From the NCBI GenBank assembly GCA_964252035.1, contig OZ176203.1: 64,000 nt of DNA; one strand, 5' to 3'. Numbering within the stretch: position 1 is the first letter of the stretch; each line of letters begins with the position of its first letter. The position numbers and the translations under genes are program-made. Source of the stretch: Podarcis erhardii. Its lineage: Eukaryota. Shown one piece after another: positions 11,498 through 22,600 of this stretch. Under the pieces are notes generated by a model. The model had not been told where the DNA came from, made no database searches, and saw nothing but the letters and a program-made list of their open reading frames with translations.

Positions 11498-11693
11498 CTT
11501 CCTCAGCAATTTCATATTGTCTAGCCAAGCTGATTTTAGCCTGGGAACAAAAGAATACTGGGACTCCTTAAAGTATCTGTTCAGTAAATCTGGGCACACT
11601 TTGAATATGTTCACCGCAAGATCAGCAACCATCTCATCTTCTGCAGCAGTCTTTAGATTCACGAGAAAGCGCAAAAGAACCAAATTCCCTCCT
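11498..11693 (-). CDS. URB1: URB1 coding exon 9
   Basis: actag|AGGAGG...AGGAAG|gtaaga; 196 nt, phase 2-0; GGNLVLLRFLVNLKTAAEDEMVADLAVNIFKVCPDLLNRYFKESQYSFVPRLKSAWLDNMKLLRK. Confidence 0.96.
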
Positions 11694-12992
11694 CTAGTAA
11701 AAAAAGATTTTGAAAAGCAATCACTATGGCAGCATATGTCACCATACAGTTGAAACCAATTCTAACAGTGGCCAGGATCCAAACAACTGCTCTAGGCATG
11801 AGCAAGGGGGTCTTGAGCATGCCCAGTGGAATTTGACTCTCCCCTGCCCCCCTTTGACCCCCATCTGATTCACAAACTGCTCTTGTAACATTCCTCAGTT
11901 TCAAAAGAGGTGTGCCATGGAGCAGAAAAAACTGCTATTAGACAAGCAAAACAAAACAGCACCCCTACAAAGCTCCCTTGGGTGTATGGAATTAGTAAAG
12001 TGGCTCTTTGGGTGCAGGCAAGATGGTAAATAAGGCTCTAAATTCTGCTCAGTTTACTTTTGACAGAGAGAACCCAAAACAATTCTGTAAGCTACTGAAA
12101 TTGCAGAATTGTTATCTAATTTAGACACTTTAGATAGGACATAACTGGCGCATTATTGTTTCAATCTCATTTGCAAGAAACAGTACCAGCTGAGAATTTA
12201 AGCAGGAGGCAGGATGGGAAGAATGTCAGCCTAGGTACTGCAAGAACTAGCTAAGCAAAGTAAATCAGTCAAGAAATTCTTAGGTGGTTTTTATTTACCT
12301 TTTTACCTCACTAGCTGGGCTACATATAAGCCTTTCTCTTCAACAAAAGGGGTCATAGGACTGTTCATAAAGGAAGAAGCTTATGACAGAGAGGCCATTC
12401 TTCCAGGCAGCTACTGCCTGCACATGTAGACCAATCTTTTCACAAGCAAAGACCAGTGCTTCACAGAACCTTCAGCTAAGCAGCCTGTATCATATGATGG
12501 CAACAACTCCCCAAGGGAAACCACATTATATTTTTTAAAGCTCTGTTTAGGCTTCTCACTAAAAATACTTGAAGTATTTTGTTCAGCCTTGTCTTCTGGG
12601 AGCTGTGGAGTGTTGGGGCTCCACCCTGTGGCCTTCCTTTAAAAAGGAGATGACATAACAATTGTCAATGTTTCTGCCTCAACCAGAATCACGGTTTGAG
12701 ACTGGCTGTGGTCCTACAACCCAAGTCCACTTCTACCCCTGATGCAACGGACTAGGAAACATTCTGGGGTTTGGGGTAGCTTCCTGGCTGCCCTTCCAAT
12801 TCTATCTTTCTTCATTCCCTCAGGTTCCTGACAAGTCTCAGTTCCACAGTGGGGAACACCTGCAGTCCACATACAAAACCAAAGCAATTTTTGTACGTTT
12901 GGTTTGTCTGGTTGAAAATGAGAATCTTTGATTTAAACAGAGAATAGCTGACGGGACTATTTTCAACCACCGGAGTAACTGGGATACTTTAC

Positions 12993-13123
12993 CTGCCAGA
13001 TGTGCCAAGGCTTGGATCATAAAAGTTAATGCCATGTTTCAGAGAACAACAGAGATCCAGTAAAAAATTATGGACGAGTTTCCTCACTAGGATCTTTCCT
13101 GCCTCTTCAGGATCCTGGGTAGC
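12993..13123 (-). CDS. URB1: URB1 coding exon 8
   Basis: cgcag|GCTACC...GGCAG|gtaaag; 131 nt, phase 0-2; ATQDPEEAGKILVRKLVHNFLLDLCCSLKHGINFYDPSLGTSG. Confidence 0.96.
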
Positions 13124-13171
13124 CTGCGTAGAGCACAAAGATCAATGTTTACTAGAATTTGTTTATTTGAC

Positions 13172-13340
13172 CATAGCTCAGTGGCAGAGCACATGCTTTC
13201 CATGCTTCAGAAGGTCCCAAATGTGGTACCTGGCATATCCAGGATCAGAGAGCAAGTGATGGGGAGGGCTCTGCCTGAGAAGCTGGACGGCTGCCATCAG
13301 TCAGAGGAGATGAGCAATGGGGAATCAGATCAATATTCCC
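13172..13340 (+). mobile_element. Degraded tRNA-derived SINE
   Basis: A-box head TAGCTCAGTGGCAGAGC, also present at ~4861; no cloverleaf can be completed; boundaries approximate. Confidence 0.6.
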
Positions 13341-13831
13341 TCTGGCTGGGAAGTCAAATTTGAGGGGCAGAATGGGGTGGCATTTATGAGTAGGACATGA
13401 GTCCCAAGACCTAGCAGCAACCAGCAGATTCTTGGAGGAGAAAAAGGTGAATGGTGAGACACTATAAAAAGCTGAAGACACTGTCTGTTAAATGTCCGTA
13501 AGCTGGTTTAGGAAGGATCAGAGAAGACTTTTCTTCCTCACTTCCTTTGCTGTTTTCAGCTGTGCATACTAACCTTCCCCAACCTGGTGCCCTGCAAATG
13601 TTTTGAACTCCCAACTCCCATCCCATTTTGAATTTCTGCCAGCCACCCTCAGACCTGGTGCAGGGTGAGTAATAACAACAACAATAATAATCCTTACCCT
13701 AGGCAAAATATTGTTTTACTATACAGGGCCAGATATAGCTTTCCTCTTTTTCTTGGATTAGTATAAAGGCAAAACCCTTTCTGCTGAGGTTAAACAGTGA
13801 AATAGAGAAAGATAAGAAGAAACTGCTGTAC

Positions 13832-13957
13832 CACGACATCTTCTGTGCTGACGTCAGTAATTCCATTCCAGCGGTAGAGTGAGGCAATGTGGTTCAATAC
13901 TTCGACAGTAAAAAAACGCACTTTCTGGGTCTTGCTAAGATTTCTATTGTGAACTAC
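13832..13957 (-). CDS. URB1: URB1 coding exon 7
   Basis: tctag|GTAGTT...GTCGTG|gtacag; 126 nt; VVHNRNLSKTQKVRFFTVEVLNHIASLYRWNGITDVSTEDVV. Confidence 0.94.
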
Positions 13958-14670
13958 CTAGAAAAAAATACAACACATACACAAATTTCAACTACAAAGC
14001 TGAAAAAAATAATCTTTTATCTTGATAAATTTATAATTCCGCATTTTCAGGCTAGAGCCTACCTTTGAAATTCCTTTGTTCAAGAATGGTCAAGTTTAAG
14101 GTCATTAAGAAAGAGACTGAAATGTTCTCCCATGCATTTCTAAATATTGTCCTTTCTGATGTCAGATTGTGTACATTTGTTTTATTTTTAGAGAAACCTG
14201 TTTGTCCTAGGAAGAGTGCAGGGTGGCATTTCTAGTAGATGATTGCTTATACCACACTGGAAGATGAACAAGTGAATGAACCCTTGATTTTGTTAAGTCT
14301 TTAAGATGCCACAATACTGTTGTTTTTGCTTCAGCAAACTGAAACAGCTGCCCTTGCCCCCAGAAATTGAAGTTTCAAAAGAAATCCAAAAGAATCTAGT
14401 TATTTTTACAGGATATACAAAAGGTTTAAAACTTCCTAACAGTTGCTTTGAACTACTATTTTCTTGTTTGTTTAAAAACTCAGCAAATTACAGGCTCCAA
14501 CTCTTAGGGAATATTTTATGATCAAACAAAAGCTCATAACAGAAATGCTGACAAGATCTAAACTGTAGCCAAACATTAAAGGATTGGTAATTGGAGAGTC
14601 TTTGGAAAACCACAACAGAGTTACTTTCAGCAAATAAGATACAAAGAGTAAAGTCACGTCAAGGTCATAC

Positions 14671-14756
14671 CTTAGTTGCCAAAGTGGAAAGTAGAAGGCT
14701 AACTGTAGAAATTCTATCTTCCTTCAAACCGGTTCGAAAAATATCTGGGATGAAAT
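14671..14756 (-). CDS. URB1: URB1 coding exon 6
   Basis: tgtag|ATTTC...ACTAAG|gtatga; 86 nt, phase 1-0; FIPDIFRTGLKEDRISTVSLLLSTLATK. Confidence 0.96.
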
Positions 14757-15391
14757 CTACAAACCATTTAAAAATGTTAAAAACATAATTGGAAGATGGA
14801 AAGCGTTTTTAAAATGAAATCAGTTTTATCAAGTGTTGCCACTGGTGTTACCGAATGCTTTGGTCTACAAGGTGAACCAAAAGCGAATGGACTCAGAATA
14901 AACAATGAACTTGTACCATGGAAGAGGGTAGATGAATTCTGAACTCTACAGTATCTACAGTAAGGATAGCCAACTATGGGGGAGCAGGGGAAATCTGGCC
15001 CATAACATTGTTCCCAATCCAAAGACTCAAGTTTCTCCAAACAGAGCTAAGAAACCGGCAAAGCACTTTAACTTTCCTTTGCTGGGATAGAACAGTAAGG
15101 GAATCTTGCCCTCATTAAACTCAGCCACTTACTCAAAAACATGAGCAAAGGGTTCTTTAAATCTCTGTCTTCCTCTATTAAAGAGCACAGAAGTTTTCCT
15201 AAGTTCTCCCATTATGTATCTCAACAACTAAATGCCTTGTGCAATACAACTCACAGGCGAATGAAAGTGAACTGCTCCTTCTTAAAGTTTGTATCCAATG
15301 AATTTAGGTACTCGTAACATCCAAACACGGACCTCTCACTTCACAAATAAGAGGGAGATATTAACGCCTTTAAGAAATATTTATAATATAC

Positions 15392-15488
15392 CTTTTAACT
15401 CCAGAACGTGGACAAGGATTGTGTTGTCACCAGCAATTAAAAAAGAAACAGCATACTGGATATATGCCATACGAACATCAGGCTTGCC
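15392..15488 (-). CDS. URB1: URB1 coding exon 5
   Basis: tttag|GGCAAG...AAAAG|gtatat; 97 nt, phase 0-1; GKPDVRMAYIQYAVSFLIAGDNTILVHVLELK. Confidence 0.96.
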
Positions 15489-15931
15489 CTAAATAAATGT
15501 TAAGAGACATTCAGCAACTTATAAACCCAAATGCCAACTCACTACAACAGTTGTAATATGAGGAATACATATTTAAAAGAGTGACTGCAATTTTAAACAG
15601 TTCACAGTCTTTTAACTAGCAGAACCATTTCTATGTTTATCATATTTCATAAGGTGCACTCCATCAGAAACTTAGGCCCTCTTTACCAGTGTGGTGTCAC
15701 TTCTTCCACAGTGGTTTATAAAAGAGCCTAGATATGTATAACAACAACTGCTGTTGTGGTTTCCTCACATGTTTACATAAAACAAAAGCAGTCAAAATCC
15801 CAAGGGCCCAAGATTATTTATGCATTAAACATGGGAGGAAGATGAACAATGTGTTTTTGTGTACCTGGAACAATGTAAGATTAACAGAAGAGGCGGTTTA
15901 CCAGTCATATGAATGAATGAACCTTCCTATA

Positions 15932-16172
15932 CAGTCGTACCTTGGAAGTTGAACAGAATCTGTTCTGGAAGTCTGTTCAACTTCCAAAGCATTCAACTTC
16001 CAAGGTGCAGCTTCTGATTGGCTGCAGGAGCATCCTGCAGCCAACTGGAAGCCATGCCGGATGTTCAGCTTCTGAAAATCATTCGAAAACTGGAACAATC
16101 ACTTCCGGTTTTTGATTGTTCGGGAACCGAAGCGTTCAAGTTTACAGGCGTTCAGCTTCCAAGGTACCACTG
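15932..16172. mobile_element. Tc1/mariner-type MITE
   Basis: TA TSD; TIR CAGT(C/G)GTACCTTGGAAG(T/C)TGAAC; related copy at 56962-57185. Confidence 0.85.
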
Positions 16173-16792
16173 TACATGGGAAGCTAACACATCTTCTTGA
16201 TGTCCCTGTTTTTATCAGCAGCTTTCTGGAGCGGAACAGCAGACAAACATGTTGCACTTCCATGCACACCTGCATTTTGCAGTAGCATAATCCTAGGAAA
16301 ACTGTACAATGTGCTTTTACAGAACTCTGGAAGGAATCCACAGCTTGAATCACACATTATGGTGTGTGTTTGTGTGCATATGAGCTTGCTTGCTGTGAAA
16401 TTCTCACAGGATGACTTTGCTACTTCTTTTTTATGCAAGAAGGCATTTGTGTAAGGGGAAGGGGGGGACATAACAGTTACATCCATGTCATACAAAACAT
16501 AGGTGCCATTTCATACAAAAGCTCCCCCCCACAGAAAAATGATGTAATAAAATCACGTATATATACATTTTTTTTAAAAAAAACCTAAGTAAATCAAGAA
16601 TCAAAAAATGTTTCCCCTGTGGATCAGTGACAATTTGAAGCAATAAAACAATCCACATCAATGATGCTCTGCACATGATATAGAAAGAGACTTAGGTATT
16701 CCCATCCCCAATTCTAGCTTTACTTTTCACAGCACAAAAAACAAATATGGTTAAGCCATCACTTACACTCACTGCATATTTCCTCCTCTTAC

Positions 16793-16925
16793 CTTATAAT
16801 CTCTCCTCTTCACTAAACTAGGAAGGAATTTATTATTGAAATCAAAGTGGCTGTAGACATCCCTTGCAGCATCCGGCCCCTGTGACACCATTGCAGATAG
16901 CAAGATGAGGCACTGGCGAGACAGT
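16793..16925 (-). CDS. URB1: URB1 coding exon 4
   Basis: tgcag|ACTGTC...TATAAG|gtaaga; 133 nt, phase 2-0; LSRQCLILLSAMVSQGPDAARDVYSHFDFNNKFLPSLVKRRDYK. Confidence 0.96.
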
Positions 16926-18455
16926 CTGCATAAGCAACACAGGAGATGGAACAGTACATAGGCAAACCAGTCAGTGGAAAATTAAGAACTGACACCTTTG
17001 AAATTAAAATAGGCAAGTCTGAATTATGTCAGCTATGAGCGGCAGATACCTAGCACGTCACCACTAGACAGATTTGTGGAGGGGAGAGAGGAATTCCCAT
17101 TGTGAAAGCCAACATCCTTGTGGCAATGGGAAACTTTGCTGGGTACAATGCTCTCTATTTTTTGTTTCATCACTTTTAAGATGAATGATTGAAAATTATA
17201 TAGGCCACTTCTTTATGAATAACTCTACCAGGCTAAGCCCTGTTAAATTATGGTCCCAAGGCTGCCCTATCATTAGAAATGCTAAGGCACATCCCAGACT
17301 GAAGTGTTTGCCTGAAAACACTTACCAATAAGCATCTAACCCAAATTTCCTCCCCTTTTGTTTTTTGTTTGAAATTCATTGCTGTAGCTTTTTCCTTACT
17401 TTTCTGAAGTTTGTAACTGAAAACCATAAAACCTAAAAACTAGCAATTTTGGCTGAGGCAGTCCACCTCAGCAGAAGATTTGAGGGAAAAGATTTCAGTA
17501 ACTAAAGAGTGCTAGTGTGGTTTTATAGTAATAAAACATAATAATATAAATGTTGCACCATTTGAATTTTGTACTTCAGGAAACAAAAATGTCTTGGGCC
17601 ATCTTTGCCTGGTCTTTCAGTATTTGTAGCAGCTCGCTTATTAGAAATATGGTTCCAGATTCCTTGCCAAGGTGCAGGAGAGAATGTCAAGATATGGGAA
17701 CATATCTCCATTTATGGTGGGAATATCCACAAGTTTAACTGTTTTTGAATACTGTGGTTTGTAAGAATGCACTCGATGTAAAAGGCAAAATAATGCCATC
17801 CCCACAATTAGCCCTTGTAAACCTCTTTACAGAGCAAGAATCTGTTCCATATAGCAGGGAACTGGTCACTTACCAGACTAACTATTGCAAGATTCTGGAG
17901 AGAGAATTCTGGTATACAAAAGTGTAGGATATTGCATTATTAGAAAAATTGACTCACAGAGTACATAAAAGTAGTAAGTTTATTTTAATTTGGTATTATT
18001 TTGTCACTTATGTTACTATCCATGAGTATGGCCAGGCCCTACCAACAGCTTTTAAACACATGTGGTTGATGTGAGTAACTGTTATTTTTATACTTTTCTT
18101 CCTGTTGATGAGTCTTTTTTTTTATAGTGGACCCCTGCACTCTATAATGGATGCTGAACATTGTATTTTGAATTTTTAAAAAATGTGCCACCACATTTTT
18201 GCAAGTATGCTTTGAATCTATGCTGGTGGAGTAGAAGCCTCAAATAAATAAATATATGAACATGGAAGCAAAAAGAAAGGAGAGGAAGGTCATGGCCAAT
18301 TAAAGTATTCTCCTAAATCAAGTATAAAGAGTACTTTGTGTACCATTCCAAGATATGTTCTCAGGATTAAAGTGGCATGATCCTGATCAATGGAAATATT
18401 GTTTCATTCAAGTTTTAGACAGTTATATATGTCCTTTGGTTTGCAATGAACTTAC

Positions 18456-18607
18456 CTGTGACTCTCAGAATACAGAGCAGCATAGATTAATCTCATGTAG
18501 CTATTGATCAGCTTCTTTACTATGTTCATCCCTACCACACTGAAGTGGGACAAATCACTTGCTGTTCGCAGCAAAATGCTTTCTAGAGCTTGAAAGATTA
18601 GCAGCAT
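18456..18607 (-). CDS. URB1: URB1 coding exon 3
   Basis: tgcag|ATGCTG...CACAG|gtaagt; 152 nt, phase 0-2; MLLIFQALESILLRTASDLSHFSVVGMNIVKKLINSYMRLIYAALYSESH. Confidence 0.96.
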
Positions 18608-19270
18608 CTGCAACATTTAAATACTTTATTATACGTTGTTTATTGGAGTGGGTGGGTGGGTGGGTGGGTGGGAAAAGCAGCAAATATTAGTAGAACAGCT
18701 TGAGAAGTCATCATCCTAAATAAAGTATAACATCTAACAACAAAGGAAGCTTCCAAATGTAAAAATGTAGCAAGTGCTTAGATCCACTGCTTCCTCTTAC
18801 AATGGTAAACTCTAAATTCAGAATACCAAAATAAAGCAAAGAAATATTGCAAATGAATTGTGGACCCTATCTTTGCTAAACAAGGTCTTCAAGGAGACAA
18901 TTTCTGTAATAGTAAGTCAAAATTTCCAAGCCAATGCTCCTGTCCTATAGTGTAACAAAATGCCTGCAGCCAACACACAATTTCAAAGGAAGGTGGAACA
19001 ACAGTGTGCATCACAAACGTGCAGGGCTACAAATCCTACAATATGAAAATATGAAGGAAATATTTCACAGACTTATTGTGAGAGCAAATAAGATTATCAT
19101 TTTAAGTGTTTCAATGTGTGAAATACTTGACAAGCAATAAATGTTAATTTAACTGTGTGAAGGTTCCAGTGGAAAGTTTATTCCTTATTGCTTTATGTTA
19201 CCAATCAGTACTTGTTCAATGTATACACAACTCATCATAGAATGCTAAATGCAACAAATGAAATACTGAC

Positions 19271-19410
19271 CTCACTTTCAGGCCGCCTTTCGCCATCCAG
19301 AAGTTTTAAAATTTCTGCGCACTCGACAGAAACTTTTATGTATCCCTCTACAACATCATACTGTTCTGCTGATGGTAATGATTTCGCTCTCGATATGAAT
19401 GTTTCCAAAC
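19271..19410 (-). CDS. URB1: URB1 coding exon 2
   Basis: tccag|GTTTGG...AGTGAG|gtcagt; 140 nt, phase 1-0; LETFISRAKSLPSAEQYDVVEGYIKVSVECAEILKLLDGERRPESE. Confidence 0.96.
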
Positions 19411-19737
19411 CTGGAACAAATCAAGGACTTATTCAACACTTGCCCGAAATCCTTGAGAGATGCTGTCATTCAGTATAGCCAATACTGAGCTGGATCAACC
19501 AGCTAAAGAAGGCAGCTTCCTATGTACCTAGAAACCACCACCAACAAATTGCTGGCATTAATACCTTGCCAATGTAACCTCTGGGAACAGAACACAGGTG
19601 CAGACCGACAAACAAATGGTGCAACAGTAACTAAGTGGAAAATAAATTTGTAATATTGCACCATAACAAAGTTGGAGCAGTGAACTGGGAGTCTATTACC
19701 TGGGTAAATCTGAAGATTTAAATATTATAAATAAAAT

Positions 19738-19800
19738 CATTGAATCATAGACTTGTAGAGTTGGAAAGGACCATAACAATCATCTAGTCCAACCCCATGA
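19738..19800 (-). mobile_element. CR1 LINE 3' terminal fragment
   Basis: GAATCATAGA..TGTAGAGTTGGAAAGGACC...ATCTAGTCCAACCCC is the reverse complement of the CR1 3' end also seen at 24905-25025. Confidence 0.7.
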
Positions 19801-20698
19801 CACTGAGATTAAGAGTCTCTTTTTTTATGTTGACAAACTTCCCTACCTGGGGACATCTTACAAACTTTCTACCCCCTCCAACTGTGCACTTCTAGTGCAA
19901 TATATAAACATTCAGTCCCATTTTGTGCTCTGCATTAATCAATATGCAGATATTTAGCAGTGTTTGCTAAAATAACATAAAATGTGCAGTTGCTGCCCAA
20001 GGATTGGTGTTAATTTACACAACAATGTTAAAATGATTTTAGCTGTATTTAAGCTAAAATGGGATTGTTACGGGCTGTACTTTTTACACTGCATTGCCAT
20101 TTAATTCAAACGTTTACATTTACCCTTTCAGACACTACTGTATATACATACTAACAGATGATTACATTTCATGCATGTGATGAAGCAGGCACTACTAGAC
20201 CATCCCATGATAAATGTGCTGAGTCTTTAAGGTGCCACAAAACTCTGTTGCCTTTAATGAATCTGCAATCCCTTGTGCAATAAGAACTTGCAACAAGGGA
20301 ACCACTTGAATTAACTGCGTAAATGGAAAAAAAACTGTGTTTGAAATAACTAATCCCCTACAACTATGCAGATTGCTACTCTTTTCTTTCAAAAAGGGCT
20401 ATTCTGATGGACAAGCCTTGCGGGGCGGCGGGGGGGGGGGAATCTCTGCGACCTGCATCTTTCTCGAAGGAGCGGTTAAAGTTAATTAGCGAGCATCCAA
20501 TTTTGGTGGAAAACTGAGCATTGCAACTCTCTGGGGTGGCGAAGCAGTACTCGGCTATATAAATCAGAAACAAAGGGGGGGGGGAATCTGGGGGAGTGGT
20601 GGTGGGGGAAAGGTAGGCTACGCTATTGCCCAAGGATAACTGCTTGGCCCTTGCCCAGACACGGATTCGCAGTGCTTTGACCCCCAGGGGTCGGGGAG

Positions 20699-20853
20699 AA
20701 TAATAAATAATAAATAATAAATAATATTATTATTTATTTATATCCCGCCCTCCCCAGCCGAAGCCGGGCTCAGAGCGGCTAACAACAATAAAAGTAACAC
20801 AGTTTGCATAAAATCAATTAATTGAAATGCATTCTAAAATCAATTCATTCTAA
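20699..20853 (-). mobile_element. L2-like 3' fragment with (TAAA/TAA)n tail in URB1 intron 1
   Basis: Same 3' end as 8219-8290 with CpGs intact; AT-rich block interrupting GC-rich DNA. Confidence 0.7.
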
Positions 20854-20859
20854 AGAAAA

Positions 20860-21530
20860 GGATAAGGAGTGGCGGAGGACAAGCAACCGATGTGGCGAAC
20901 ACGTGGGGAAAGCAGCCCTCACCCTTCATGGCGGCGCTGGGGTCGCGCAACGTGGACTTGAACTGGGTCCCGGTGAGCTCCGCTGCCTCGCTGCCACGGG
21001 CCCGCTTGGGCAGCGGCGGCGGCGGCTTCTCCTTCTCCTGCCGCTTGGCCGAAGCCGGGCTTTTGCGCTTGGCGCCCATGACCAGGAGGAACCGCGACCA
21101 GAGATGGAAGCCCGGCTTTGCCTCGCGGCTCTCCGCGGCAGCCGGAAGCGAGCCAGCCGCTGTTCTTCCCCCAGGAAACGGACAAGCGAGATGAAGGTTC
21201 CGCTTTAGGCCGCTTAGGGAACTTCAGAGGAAGCCGCTGAAAGGAGTCCTTCGGAGTCCAGGGACCAAGAGGCCGAAGCCGACAGCGGCCCCTTCTGCTT
21301 CTTCGGATGCAGCCGCCATCCCAGCTCCCTCTTTGTCCTTCTACTTGTGTCGTCCCCGCCCGACGTCTTCGGACTCCAGCGGCTGCAAGGGGTGGCGGGT
21401 GCAATGGATCTGCCTCGGGAGAAGCGCAACAGGTTCCCCTGTCGTGCCACAGAGGCTTTTCCGCTGGTTGCTGCCATACGAAGTGAGCAGTGCACGAGGG
21501 CGCGCACGCTCTAGGGGGCCCACCGAACCT
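20860..21530. promoter_or_regulatory. URB1 CpG-island promoter / 5' leader
   Basis: High GC and CpG density around exon 1; ETS-like CCGGAAG (~21142), YY1-like GGATGGCGGC on minus strand (~21312-21321), GCGCGCACGC (~21500); boundaries approximate. Confidence 0.8.
20923..21079 (-). CDS. URB1: URB1 coding exon 1 (start codon)
   Basis: GTCATGG Kozak context; MGAKRKSPASAKRQEKEKPPPPLPKRARGSEAAELTGTQFKSTLRDPSAAMK (basic NLS-like region, ELTG..FK..L.DP URB1 motif); donor AAGG|gtgagg; 157 nt, phase 1. Confidence 0.93.
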
Positions 21531-22319
21531 AGAAATCTTAAATTAGGATGCCCAAAAAACTCCGTTCTGCACACTAAGTTAGAATAGCATTGGTTTGTGT
21601 TTGTTTTTTTTCTCTGACAAGTGTTTCTACTTCCGAAGCTTATCCGCTGTTACGATCGAAAGAGATTCATAGCGGGGATTTCTTGGAGGCTAGTGGTGTC
21701 AGCGTGAATAGCTTATGCCATCGGACTTTCTGCTACTTTTGAATTCGTTTGAATTCAACTCTGGTCTTCAGTGATACGCTTTCCTGCGCCGGTGCCTGTT
21801 TTTTCTCTGCCTGGCAACCGTAGTTGTTTATATTTTAAGAACACAGTGGTAACTTAGAGGCTCACCTCCTGCTGCTGTGTGCTTTTCGTTTATCATGGTT
21901 TCTCAAATGTTTGCCTAAACTCTCCAAAGTGGAGCTTTATATGTTTCTAGAAGCATTAGACTGCCACATATAAATGCTGCTGTTAGCGGAGTGAGGTGGC
22001 AAATGGGTTTTCTATACCCTTATGTGTGCTCTCTCCTGCCCACATTTGTTTTCCTTGTTGTCTGGACACATGGTTCTGCATTTAGTATTACATCACTGGT
22101 AGTATTTTGTTATTTTTATCTTTCTGCATTATGTCTGATAAAATAAAAAACTTCCATGCTAGCGGAAATGTGAAAAAGAAAGTGGAGGTTGCTAAACTAC
22201 AACTCACATCATCCCTGGCCATTGGCCATGCTTACTGGGGCTAATGGGAGTTGAAGTTCACCATCATCTGGACAGCCAAAGGCTCCCCAACCCTGGCAGA
22301 GTGAAATGAATTTGCTAGC

Positions 22320-22600
22320 AGAAGATGTGATGGCCACCAGTTAGGACATCTTTAAAAGAAGGCTGACAGATTTGTGGAAGATAAGGCTATCAATGACTGC
22401 TAGGCATGAAGGTTATATACTTCTTTCAGAATTGGAGGCAGTATGGCTCTGAATACCAGTTGCTGAGAAATAGCAACAGGAGAGTGCTATTGCCCTTATA
22501 CCCTGGTTGTGGACTTCTCATAAGCATCTGGTTGGCTGCTGTGAGGAACAAGATGCTGGCTAGATAGGTCTTTGTTTTGATCTAGCTGAGCTCTTATGTT
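22320..22600 (+). mobile_element. Degraded CR1-like 3' fragment
   Basis: GATGTGATGGCCACCAG...TTTAAAAG...AAGGCTATCAATG...; similar blocks at ~9890-10040 and ~44845-45030; boundaries approximate. Confidence 0.55.

Noticed and set aside
17600-17670. GAACCA...CTGA pair resembling an SNORA42/80 pocket for 18S
   Set aside because: AAA rather than ACA at the expected spacing, no H box and no matching 5' hairpin; compatible with chance.
18700-18716. C-box ATGATGA on the URB1 sense strand
   Set aside because: No D box before the exon 3 acceptor.
20822-21587. Overlapping 77-161 aa ORFs around URB1 exon 1
   Set aside because: Stop-poor shadow frames of a GC-rich island, with no recognisable homology.
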